Shown here one piece after another: positions 25,480 through 37,085 of a stretch of DNA of 64,000 nt. The translations under genes and the position numbers were made by a program. Source of the stretch: Moniliella sp. 'wahieum' (taxonomy: Eukaryota). Each line of letters opens with the position of its first letter. Within the stretch, counting starts at the first letter, position 1. Under the pieces are notes generated by a model. That model made no database searches. It saw only the letters and a list, made by a program, of their open reading frames with translations, and had not been told where the DNA came from. Location: assembly GCA_003971905.1 (NCBI GenBank), contig RSEE01000069.1, positions 1 through 64,000 of the forward strand, in the 5' to 3' direction.

Positions 25480-27650
25480 ACATCAAAAACGCACTGAACC
25501 CGCATTCGATCGGATTCGCCTGGGCCTCAGACTGGTATAGTAGTAGCGCCCGAGCCGTTTCTTCTCTCTCCTTCTTCTCCTTTTCTCCTGACTGGGCCTA
25601 GTCCCGCATCCTGTCTTTGAACCATCATCACCTTCAGCCTGGCTGTGTGCATCAGACTTGCTGGGAGACGTAAATCTCTTAATCGCTGCGGGATCGGCAT
25701 GGATGAGACGTTACCGAAATTCCGAACGGGCAACGGTCGAGTGGAAACAACTTAATCGCTGCAGCAGGTCTGGGGGATATGGCAAGCACAGGGAGGGGAC
25801 TATGCGCGTTGCCAGTCGACTCAAAACAGGTATGGGAAAAGGACGTTGACACAAACTTCTGAAGAACCAAATGATCCGCTATAGGGGGATGAACATGGAA
25901 GTACCGAGTACAGATGGGATCTACGAAACGAACATATAGCCGCAACGCAACTCAAGAAAGGGGTATAAAGGAGTGAAGGCAGAGAGCCCTGAGAGATGCG
26001 TTCGGCTCAAGCGCTGGGAAAGTTCTCAATACTGAGGTCTACAAGAACGAGAACAGTCAAATCCGATGAATAACCCGCAACGAGGGCAGTATTACGGGTC
26101 ACTGGGGGCTGGCTACCCTAAACAAAACCCATCTCCTCTGTCGTCGCGTTCCTAAACGGTTGCATTTGCTTCTTCGATCTGGGCGACCAAGATCTAAGCC
26201 TTTCTGTGTACGTCCAAGGAGATTAGTACGTGGGCTTTGAGTCCCTTAGTGATTTTATTCTATTCAAATACGGTTTTTGGTCTTATCCGGGCTTCTCCTT
26301 CTCCTGGTGAGATTCTCCTCTCATGCCTTTTACATTCTTGCTAATGGAGGAGAACCTGATGGCCTATTACTTTCGGCTGATTTTGTCTTTGATTGTTCAT
26401 GTCCTAAGGAACTCCTTCACTAGTTGATATGTGTCCTTTTTAGAGCCATTCATACATTTGTTCATTCCTCCGCATTCTACGTTGTATATTGTTCCTTAAG
26501 GTTCCTGTTGTATAGCCTTGATTCTATTATGTTCTTCCCCCAGTGGGACATTGTGTAACATCATCTTACTACGAATCCACCTTAACCAGCAGGCAACTTG
26601 ACAAGCGACTGACCCCCAATTGAGATGCCTCACAGTTATCTTGCTCGGTTCGGATCTGTTGAATAGCGTCAAGCTCGATACCGCGAGCACTGAATGGTCT
26701 CTCTCCCCAAGGGAAAGCACCCCTAAAATCGTGGATTGGGGTCCAGTTCGGAGCCGCGCCCACATGCATGTAGAGTTCCGAGACCTCACTGAGCGAAGAA
26801 CAAGGAACAAGGAGGATTATGTGAGAGAGGGAGAGTACCTTTTTAGTGAAAATAAAAACAACTTGATTCAAGAGTCTCGAAACAATTGTCCCCAGATCCG
26901 GACGTTCAGCGCTGAGGCTCAGAATTGACGTTCACCACATTCAACCCAGAGCTGATGCACTCCCTTGCTTATAATTGCGTCCATACGCGACTAAGTAAAA
27001 ATAAAGTAGGGACCAAAGACACACCTCACATGTGCCGATCAGTGACCCGGCTGTGGTGATTCACCACTTAAAAGGGGAGCTCTGAAATTGTATAGCTCAA
27101 ATGAGATCGATGAGACCTGGAGTCTTGAAGCCTGATGGTCCTCGAGGGTGAGATAACTTCAAACTGGTGGTGGCGGTGGTCTAAGCCGACCAGCACCACC
27201 TAAGGAACATCAAGCAGCTATATATATAGTTGCCGCCAGGGGCTAAGTTGCGGAACAAGGAAATCGCAGAGAGAAAACAACAGAACTCCTATAGGCACTG
27301 TGAGGAGGAACTGAAGGGGCGTTGGACAATAAAAACGCACGAGCCACCGGTGGCTCAACAGGCTCGATCCAGATTGGACACATCGAAAAGGGAACAAGCT
27401 CTGTTCGGACCAGAGCCATCCTGTTCTTGACATAATGGTAGACACAACGGCCTAGACCAAAAGGAGGGGGGGATGCAGTGTGGGGCTCGGCCAGGCCGCT
27501 CACCCTTTTTCTTGTCGCGACGTGCCATTGCGCAGCCAAGGGGACATACGATGGGATCATATGGGTGCGAGAGTAGGCGAATAAGAGCATTGCTGTTGGA
27601 CTTGGAGTTGGGATGAAAAAGAAGCAGAGCCGTTGTGATCAACCGGTAAC

Positions 27651-27735
27651 GGTTCCATTGTAGTTGGTTAGCAAGTAGGATTCTGATTCACGTGGATCGC
27701 CTTCCTGAAACTGGGTTCGAATCCCAGTGGGACTT
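27651..27735 (+). tRNA. tRNA-Gln(CTG) with a ~15-nt intron after position 37
   Basis: GGTTCCA acceptor stem, anticodon arm TAGGA-TT-CTG-A[intron]-TCCTG, T-arm CTGGG-TTCGAAT-CCCAG, TGGGAC, then a T-run Pol III terminator. The D-arm looks slightly damaged, probably from indel errors. Confidence 0.88.
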
Positions 27736-28184
27736 TTTTGCTGTCCATCCTTTGTTCCCCATGTTCCCCTTTGAGAACATGTTGAGCTCACTGTTGTAAC
27801 ATGCAACGCGCAAAAGGAGCGACGGCGAATGTGGATTTAAGACGGCCCTCCTACATCGCTATAGAATGACTGATGACTATAGTGACCGTGAAGCTTGATC
27901 AAGCTAAGGCAGTGTTTTTTATTTTGATTGGCTTCTTTGCTGCGCCACAGCTACGCCACACGCACCCCCACAAAAGCCTGCGTGGGTGGACTTGCCCCGC
28001 TCCGCCAGTGCAGCCAGCAGTGCATTAGCTACGTTAAGTTTCAACTCATACCTTCAAAAGGCGCGGGCGCACTCTTAAAGCATCTTCTCTTCGCCGTATA
28101 TCCCTTCCCCCCTCCATCCTTCTCTTCGTTCATACCTTTTCGCATCCCCGGGCCACCCGCGCCGGGAAAGAGCCGACTTGCAAA

Positions 28185-29658
28185 TGCGTATTCTCCAGAA
28201 TGCAGTCCACCGTGCTGCGACGGCGCTCGCCGCCGCCACAGCGCCTCCCTCGGTAAGCTCCTGGACACGGATGACGATACGTCGACAGAGGGGATCTCTC
28301 TTATTGGTCAATCGCCTTGATGCCGCAACCGAACCTTCCTTTCAAGACACGTCCTACAGGAGAATGCCTCCTACCGTGCAGATCAGGAAGAAACACATCT
28401 GCGCACCCCCAAGACCAACCAGAAGCGGACCCACTCATCAGTCCGTCCTCACTGCGTTTGCCTCTTCTCCTCGGCCCCGATCTCTTCGTCGCTGCACTCT
28501 TTTCCCCGTTCATGCTGGTGTACATTTAGCCGGCGACACCCATTGGTTGATCGAAACGTTTCCCCCCCAGGCCACTTCTATTCATCACACCATCAATCCC
28601 TTCACACCCCGCCAGCGCCACTACATCTGCACCAAAATCCAGCCCCCGTTTTGATTCTGTGGCGCACTATGTAAGTGCGGGATGTTTCCTGTGCACTACG
28701 ACCGCATCGCCTGTCGGACACTGATTCGGACGGGGACCAAGAGGACGGAGAGGCGACCATCGCGGGAGGAAGCGACGATGGGGACGAGAGGGGGACCTCA
28801 GTCGTTCGTGGCACCAGGTACCAGCACCTATCCCGTGATGGACGTGGTGCGGGCGCCTTCTTCTCCGCCTACGGCGCTCCCTGTTACGGAATGAGGGGAG
28901 CGAACTGGAACTGGACCCACCTCTTCTCGGGCGCGAGCCAAGCAGAGGGATGGTAGACCTGGTTGCAGATGGTATGGACGATGCAAGGGTGGTTAACGAA
29001 CAAGACCTAGCTCAGCTAGATCCTCATCTTGAAACTACATGTGCCATTTCTTTTGGGGAACAACACAGTCCAAACCTGCAAAACCACCAGCCACTGTTCA
29101 CGCAAGAGAGGGGGCCTTCACCAAGTGATGACAGCCGGAACACTTGCCGTACGTATAATCCCTATCCCCCTTTCCCACCATAAACGATCTACCAACAATT
29201 ATTCTGACTATGCAATGTTGTGCTCACCCGGAAATATCTACTCCGGGTGTACAATAGGACTCGGCCGGCAAGCCTCCCTCTTCCTTACGGCAAACAGGCG
29301 TCTCTGGGAAAGTCAACCCCCAACATGCGCAAGACCAAGACCCGAAGAGCAACATGGCCTTACAGTCGCGGCGGGGTGGGCCAGAGAGTACATCAAGGAC
29401 ACCGCGACGGTTCAAACTTCCACTTTTTTATTGACGGATAACGGGACAGAAGTTACACCTCCCAAGGTGATCGAAGCGTCACCGCAGAAGAGGGGCAACG
29501 ACCTGATGGCTATTAACGCAACCGGGTCAACAGAACCCCAAAGCGCATTCCAGCATCATGAGCCCAACTCGAACTCTCTGTCGTCCACAACTTTCATCTC
29601 GTTGACCAACCTGCCATCGCTGCACCCCCCTGCCTCACAACACCGGTCTCGAGCCTAA
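28185..29658 (+). CDS. Putative orphan, probably spliced, low-complexity protein
   Basis: Overlapping + ORFs 28178..28654, 28675..28956, 28950..29183 and 29029..29658, with donor-like GTAAGC/GTAAGT/GTACGT sites. No domain recognised. Confidence 0.3.
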
Positions 29659-30938
29659 ACATCCTACGGTGTATGTCCGTTCCGAGGTATTCGTTCCACG
29701 GATCAGACAAGACGGGCAGGCGCTCAACCAACACTGGGGTAAAAATGCGGGTGACGTGCTCCCCAGCCTAACCCGACAGTTCAACAGACGCTTCTGTCGC
29801 TTTAAGGGGAACTGGGGAGAGCGAGGGTGGGGAAGGACGAAAGGACTGGACCGAGCATTTTTCCCATTCCCATTCCCATTCCCTTTCCCCTTCCCCTTCC
29901 CCGTACCCTCACCTCACAATTCTAACCCTCCCGCCTGGTGGGGAGCTCCCACGCCCGTCGTTCCTCCTCCTCCACTTCCTCGACCCGAGTGCATCGTACT
30001 GCCGGGTTCCATCATCAGCCGCCAGTGAGTAAGTTGACAAGGCACGAAGCGGAGGAAAAGTTGGGGTTCGGGTTCACGCCTTCTGAATGAAGGTTCCTCT
30101 GTTACCGAACCAACGTCAAGGCAAAAAAAAAACGGAGGAACACTGTACTGTGGTCAGGGGTTTCCCGACGTTGGTGTTGCATCCCTCCGGTGAAAGAGAG
30201 ACACCCCGGTTGGGAGATCTATCGCGCCTATAACGGAACCGGGACCTTATCAGTCGTACCGATCCAACGCCTCCTCTCATCCCCTGCCTTGGCCCTTAGC
30301 TTCCGCTGCGCCAATATGCGATGTGCCTCACAATTTCATCATCCTATAGCCTCTGTGCGGGTAAGCGGTAACCCGTCTGCCCTGTTGTGTCATTAGGATG
30401 GTGGTGGGTGGGTGGGTATGGGTTGTACGTTCTGTGGGTAGGGATGACTGCTAAACGATTTTGATGTACCCCCTTCGCTATGCCTCAGACGCCAAGGCGG
30501 CAGGGTTAGAATTTCTGGTAGGAAAGTGTGGATTGGCAGGTGTCTTTGTGAGCTGGGAGACCAGCACAAAGTAACGAAAACGCTCTGGCGATGAGGACAA
30601 GGGGGCGGGGGAAGTCCGAAGAGGGAAGAAACGTGGGTAAGCAAAGGGAATGTGGAGGTTGGGGCGACGGGGAAACAAGACGACAGAATGAGAACGATGG
30701 TGGGAGAAGAGGAAAGGGGAGAGAAGGGCCGAGAGTGAAACACAAATGCGCCGGCGCGAGGGATATGGGCAAAAACGGCTAAAATGGTAAGAAGAGGAGT
30801 TCCTCAGGGGCTGCGTGAGCGGGGCGGTTGGGAGGAGAGGGAGAAAGAGAGAGCCAAGGAAGGTAAAAGGGACCAAGCGGAACGAGAGCCCGGGCATGCG
30901 AGAGAGTCAGCCAAGACGGATGTTGCCAGCTACAAGGG

Positions 30939-32433
30939 TCAGGTGGCACATCCACACGTCAAGAGTTTGAGGAAAGCGTTGCCTTGCTTTGCGGGCTTGG
31001 CTTTGGGGGGAGCTGGATCAGGAAGATCCGAGACGGCGGGGGCATCCTGCCCGCGGTTAGCGCAGTTCGGTTTGCTCGGCGTTCCAAGCGGGTGTCCCAG
31101 CTGAAGTGGCTGTGGTCCTTCCCTTTTCCGCATGGGCGCTTACCGCAGGGGCGGGTGGTCGTTGGCAGGGCGGCGACAGGAGCCGAAGCTTGTGTTGCAG
31201 CTTCGCGAATGGCCATGTTGGAGGCCGACTGGGGGACGGCCATCGAGTTGAGGACAAGTGTTGCCGGTGGGGTACGGGAGGACTGGTGGCGTCGTTCGAG
31301 ATGGGGTGCCTGTCAGAGCGGGCCGACGCTGCGAAGCACCACGGCCCAAGCCTGAGGCGCCCTGGGCGGCAGCCACCTGGCCTGCTTGGGTTGGTCGTGC
31401 TGTTCCTTTTCGCGTTGCTGCTGTTCGCGTTGTTGTTTGCTGCTGGTGACGGTGCCTACGTTCACGCTCACGCTCTTCGGCGCGGCGTTCGCGTTCGCGG
31501 TCGCGGTTGCTGCATCTGCACCGACGCCTCCCACCCTTTGCCGCCGTTGAGCAGGTTCCAATCACTCCATCCTCCACCTCGCCCATTGACTTGAGCACCT
31601 TGGTGAACAGTTCGCGCAAAAAGTCATAGTCAGGTCTTCTTGGAACCCGAGCTTGCGGACATAGTTGAGGTAGATGCCAAACTCTTCGGGGAACCCTTCG
31701 CAGAGCTGGGCGATGGGGGTGGACTGTTTGGTCTCTCCAATCTTTCGTACTTTTGTTTGTTGGTGGCCGCCTTGAGACCCTGCCAGGGCAGCGAGCCGCG
31801 GAGGAAGTACTCAAACACGTGGCCCAGCGACTCGAGTCATCGCGGCGCGACTGTTCGCGACCGAGGTGGGTGTTGATGGACATGTATCGTGCGGTGCCGG
31901 AGAGGGACTTGCGCTCGCGGTAGGGAATGTGCTGCTTGCTCTTGGGGTCGCGGTAGAGCTTGGCCATGCCAAAGTCGACAATGTGGACAACGTTGGCGCC
32001 CTTGGTGTGGGGGCCGACCGATGAGGAAGTTGTCGGCTTAATGTCGCGGTAGATGAGGTTCTTTCGTGGACGGTCTGGACGCGAGTGATCATCTGCTTGG
32101 CGGTCATGACGACGGTTTTGATGGTGAACTTGCGGCCGCACATGTCAAACAGGTCTTCGAGCGAGGGGCCGAGGGGTCAATGACCAGCGTGTTGTGGAGG
32201 CCTTCCTGGCCAAAGTAGTAGACCTGGGGGATGCCGAAGCACCCGCTGAGGATCTTGTAGGAGCGGTACTCATCGCGGCTGGGGGGGCGTCGCTCTTGCG
32301 CGGCTCGAACTTGATGGCGACGGTCTGGTTGTTGAGGAGATTGGTGCCCTCGAAGATGACGCCGAAGGAGCCTTCGCCGATCTTGCGGCCGCACCTTGTA
32401 GTGGACGCCGATGACGCTCGACGAGCTGGACAT
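30939..32433 (-). CDS. Casein kinase I, plasma-membrane Yck1/2-Cki1 type; no intron seen, frameshifted
   Basis: [109 protein letters not shown], and C-terminal [11 protein letters not shown] with palmitoylation-type cysteines. Confidence 0.96.
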
Positions 32434-33993
32434 GGCGGGTGGGGGTGGGGGGGGGGGGGGGGGGTGGGGGGGGGCAGATGGCAGGGCAGGGGGATGGGAT
32501 GGGGATGGCGGGGCGGATCGGCGGGAGCGGATAGATGGGGAGGGACGGGAGGGGAGGAGGTGGGGGAGGCGGTGGGAAACCACAAAGGCAGGGCTGTAGG
32601 GTGGGTGTGGCGGCGCCGCGTTCAGCGTTGAGTTGAGGTTGATCGACCGGTGGTCTGCGCTGCTGTTCCTGCCGTGCGCTGAGGCGGCGGCTGAAAGGCC
32701 CCGTGGCTGAGGGTTGGCCAACCGGATGAATGTTTTGATTTGAATTCACATCTTCACACGTGCCATCACCGCTGCATGCTGCCTGAATGCACGCTGAGGT
32801 GAATCACGCCACACTCGGGCGGAGCGCCGACGCACACTGGCCGCACGGGGGCACTGCCGCCGACGGACGCTGCCTGGGGCCCAGCCGCGCACCCGCACAC
32901 TGCCCCCGCGCCTGGGCTCTCCACCCGCGCTCCCGCTGGGCGCCGATCCGCGCTCGCCCTGAAATTGAAATCGGCCCCCATTCCGCTGCCATGCACCATG
33001 GGACGCCTCCTCCTTATCGAGTACCGCGCCGATCCACCCCCCACCAACCACCCTGTGGCCACGCGCAGGCACAGATCAGTTCGGTGTTGGTTCATCCATG
33101 TTCGCTGCGCAGCTGTGGATCTGTGTATCCGCATGGTGCTGAGCCTCGGTGGTCATCCGTACTCGCTTGACCAAGGACAAAGCAACACCCAACAGGGGTT
33201 CGATCGTCATCGACATCATCATCGCCATGCACATCAACATGACACGATGGATGAGACTTGGCAAGACCAGCGGGGTCTAGTGTTCGCTTGTTCAACTCAA
33301 GCCTAGCTAGCAGCTCTTAGATCTTATACCCGCAAGGCAGATGGAGACACAGAGAAGACTGTTGAAGTTCAACGTTCAACGTTCAACGTTCAACACGCGT
33401 TTAACCTGAACTGGATAAGGGTTACCGACCGGTCAGAGGGCCAGCCACATCCGAGATCACACTGACCCTCTTCCATAATATCCTGGCACCATGGCAGTCT
33501 CCTCATCCTCTGCCCTAGTGCCACTCCCCTGTTTTCTTTTTTTTTTCTTCCTCAGTCCGCCTGGGTTGTGTTGTTGGGTTCGACCCAGCTCCTGTGTTCT
33601 TCCTACCACTGCATTAGCAACATAACGACACGTTTTAGTACGTTACTGGGGAACCAACAGAATGAGTACAGACAAGGCCCAGTTGATGTTCTGAAGGCGA
33701 CAATTGGGAGTGGGAAACCAAGTAGAACAAGAGCCAACAGGAGGACCGAGAATGGATCGAAGATTCTAGAACCGGTACGAATCGAGTGGCGATAACGCGT
33801 GACGACCCTGATATCACCACCCGTCCAACGGACTTGCAACTCACGTCCTTCTCGTGACGCGTGACTAGCTCGTGACTAGTGACTAGTGACGCTAACGGGT
33901 CTGCACATACTGGGACGCAAGCCCCCTCCGTGGCGTTTTCCAACCATCGACTGTCCAACGCCCACCTCGTAGACCAGCAGAGCTGGCTGGCTG

Positions 33994-35236
33994 ATGCAAC
34001 GTACCCTCTCACCATATGGGAGCCCAGTCCAAACGTTTCATGTTCATCGGCCTGCGGCCGGGCCTCGTGAGGGCTACCTGCGCGACGCATTTCTTCCCAG
34101 TGCGCCCGAGCCGCCCTCTGCCGCCGGGTCGCCATTGCGCCTGGTCGTGATGGACCTGAACAACACCCTTCTCTCCCGCAAGTCTCGTTCTTCCAAGGGC
34201 TCCAACACGGCCGATCTGCGGCCCTTTACCAAGGCCTTGCTCAGCTACTGCCTCGGCACCCCCTCTGCCCCGCCGCCTGCCACCAAGCTCTGGCCGGGCC
34301 AACGCTCCCACGGCCCGTACGAGGTTGGAATCTGGTCCAGTGCGCAGGAGGACAATGTGATGCGGATGTTGGATTCCAAAGTGCTTCCGCTGGACGATCC
34401 TCTGCGGCAGCGCTTGGTTGGATCTGGGCCCGGTCGACCCTCGTGCCTTCTCACTTGCGCTTTGACAATGTGCAAGTGACCAAGGACCTGGAGGTGATCT
34501 GGGCCGCGCTGAATTTGGGCGACACCAAGCGGTTGGATGCGACGACGCGCGCGCAGCAAGATATGGCAATTCATATATCGTCTAAGCATGTGCGTCCTTC
34601 CGATGCGCAGCATGCCGATTCACCCAGGCCGGGCCTTGGAACGCGAGCAATACGTTCGTACTGGACGACTCGCCGCTCAAAGTCAAGCTCCAGCCGTTCA
34701 ATGCGCTCTTGCCGCCTGAGTTTGGGCCGGCCGAGGTGAGCGTGATGAACGAGGTGAAGCAGGGACAACTGCGCATCGCAGGTCTGCAGAGCATCTCGCT
34801 CTATCCGCCCCCAGGGACAAGAGAAAAGGCGAGCGAGGAATCTGCCGAGCCAGCAGATCCAGCGTCTGCACAACCCGATCCAAGCTCGTTGCGCGAGTTG
34901 GCGTGGGATATGGTGTTGCGCATGGACACCACGTTGCTGCAGGTGATTGGGGTGTTGGATGAAGCAACGAGGGTGGAGCATGTGGGGCGTTGGATTCACG
35001 CCAATGGTGCAGCCGGCTTTCCTCCCACCAGCAATCACCTTCTTCCGCTCTGGGACCAGGGGCGGGCGACGAAGGAGCCAGATGCGTTAGCCAAGGAGGT
35101 ATGTGCTCGGTTGTTGGGTTCGGTGGCCTCCGAGACGGAGACCAAAGACCCGCTGTACTGGCTTGTGCGTGGGGTGCAGGCATGTGCGCGGCGTGGGATC
35201 CCGTTGGACGTGATGCACGATGTGTACCACAAATGA
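33994..35236 (+). CDS. NIF/FCP1-like HAD-superfamily domain protein
   Basis: LVVMDLNNTLL (motif I), LRPFTKALLSYC, VGIWSSAQEDNV, KDLEVIW, NTFVLDDSPLK..QPFNALLPPEF. The start is uncertain and may lie further upstream. Confidence 0.82.
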
Positions 35237-35387
35237 TCCAGTGTCGTCTTCCGAGCCGGAAGGGGGCAAGAGGCGGGTACGTGGGATTGTCTACGTTATC
35301 CAAGTACTATGTATTGTATGTGTGCTGTTATGCATCGGATGTGGCAGCGCCAGGGCAGGAAGGTGATGGATGGATGGGTCAATGGCT

Positions 35388-35478
35388 GCCATCGTTGCCA
35401 TCGTTGCCATCGTTGCCATCGTTGCCATCGTTTCCATCGTTACCATCGTTACCATCGTTATCATCGTTACCATCGTCA
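35388..35478 (+). repeat. 9-bp minisatellite (RCCATCGTT)n, about 10 copies
   Basis: GCCATCGTT repeats grading into ACCATCGTT variants, read directly. Confidence 0.92.
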
Positions 35479-37085
35479 TCGGGCCCGCTCAGAACCATCC
35501 CCAGCATAACGCCACACGAGCCAGGAACGGCAAGGCTGTTACAGGCGGACGAGTTGGTGACGGCAAGAAGGTGCAGGACAGCGTCCAACGCAGCAAGATC
35601 ATGCGCACATACGCTCATGCCCCACGGAGCGAGGCCAGTGGTAGGAACCCCGGTCGCCATACGCACCAATATATGGACATTTTCCCGGCCGGAGGCGCAC
35701 GCGCCGCGCTGTTTGAATCTCCCTCGGTTCGAATGGTCTTCATAGATGGTGAACGGTGCCGGTGAACGTTGAACACGTTGAACACGTTGAACATGTTGAG
35801 CCCCGATGAAACTGGGAGTAGGGGTCCTTACAGAGCTTGTTGGAAGTTAGTTACGCAGAACAAAGAAAACTATAGGAGCTCTTCTGCTTGCTATGAAACA
35901 AAAGAGGGTCAGACGATGCATGCGGTACATGCAGGTCAGGACGATAAAGACAAGCCATACCCACCTTCCCCCTTATCTCCCTCCCCCCAGGAGAGCAGGT
36001 TGAAGCGGAAGAGCAACAGGTTTTCACGCTTGGCCCTCCATCGCGGCCCCATGCACGAAAAGCGCCATTGGGGCCTGACGAGGCCCAAGACGCTGTCGTG
36101 GCCGAGAACAGAACGTGGAAACGGTAGCACGAACGCGCATCCTATCCCACCAACCGCGCGTTAGTAGCAAACGTGTCCGACATCGGACCCAAAGAGGCGA
36201 TGAGAAGAACGCTTGGTGGGACTGCACGTCAGAAAGGAGCGAAGCAGCTCGATCCGCTAGCCTTGGCTTCTGTCTGAGCTCGGCTGGCTCTCCCCGGCTC
36301 AAAGGAGTATACGACCCATTAGGGCGTAGAGGAACATATCACCACAGCGTCCGGTCAGTCTGGGTTCGCCTTGCACGCCCATATCCTGGCACGAGCGTTT
36401 ACCGACTCCAAGTAAGCCCGTTTACCGGCTCGCAAAGAGGGAGAGGCCCCCATTCGGTCCACATCTCGGCCGTCTTGTAGACAATGAACCTACGCTGTTG
36501 GCCTGCCTGAGGCTTGACTGGTCGTCCTAATACCAACTCTAACCCTCTTAACATCTCATCATCTATCATCATGTCTAACTATCAGGATATCCTTCTCCGT
36601 CTCATTCTTTTTCCCTTGCATCCTTTACCAACCTTGTGCGATAAGTGGCGACTTCAAGACATCGGTACCCTCTTTCTCTCACCTTCTCAACTGTCTAATT
36701 TATGCCCTCGGAAGATCTCCATGTCCTGGCAGTCGGGATAGCAGATCACTTGGGAGTCCTGGGCTGCTACGTGGGTTTGCTCTCTGTGGTACCGACTGCC
36801 CAAATTCTGACATGCGTGCAGGCATGATGGCTCGGATTAAGAAAGAGCAGAGCGTTGGAACATGCAAGCAGTCAAGCAAGATGAAAATAGGCACCGATTA
36901 AGGAGAAGAGACAGGGTTGGATGTGTATGCAAGAGAGGAAGAGGAGGAGGAGAAGGGAGGGAGAAAATATGAGCGAAGGATGAGATCTGAGAGGGCAGGA
37001 CGGACAAGGAAAGGGTAGAATGCAAGGCTCGTCGCTCGTCCCGGTCGCGATCGGCAAGGTGCAATATAATGTGCACTGCAGAAGA

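Noticed and set aside
29920..29932. Telomerase-RNA template-like CTAACCCT (also near 36539, and TAAACCCTAA near 25271)
   Set aside because: These matches are too short and isolated, and are expected by chance in 64 kb.
17100..30400. Mating-type locus (HD or pheromone/receptor) as an explanation for the island
   Set aside because: I found no homeodomain WFxNxR motif, no STE3-like 7-TM ORF and no convincing CAAX-terminated pheromone precursor. The CAVA in the minus reading of the 30-bp repeat occurs once and is internal.
35370..35765. 131-aa ORF with a hydrophobic AIVAIV.. segment resembling a TM or signal peptide
   Set aside because: The hydrophobic run is simply the translation of the 9-bp minisatellite, and there is no other coding evidence.
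36570..36900. Possible small spliced membrane-protein gene (MSNYQDILL.., with a CTGAC..CAG acceptor near 36821)
   Set aside because: I could not assemble a coherent frame or a family motif.
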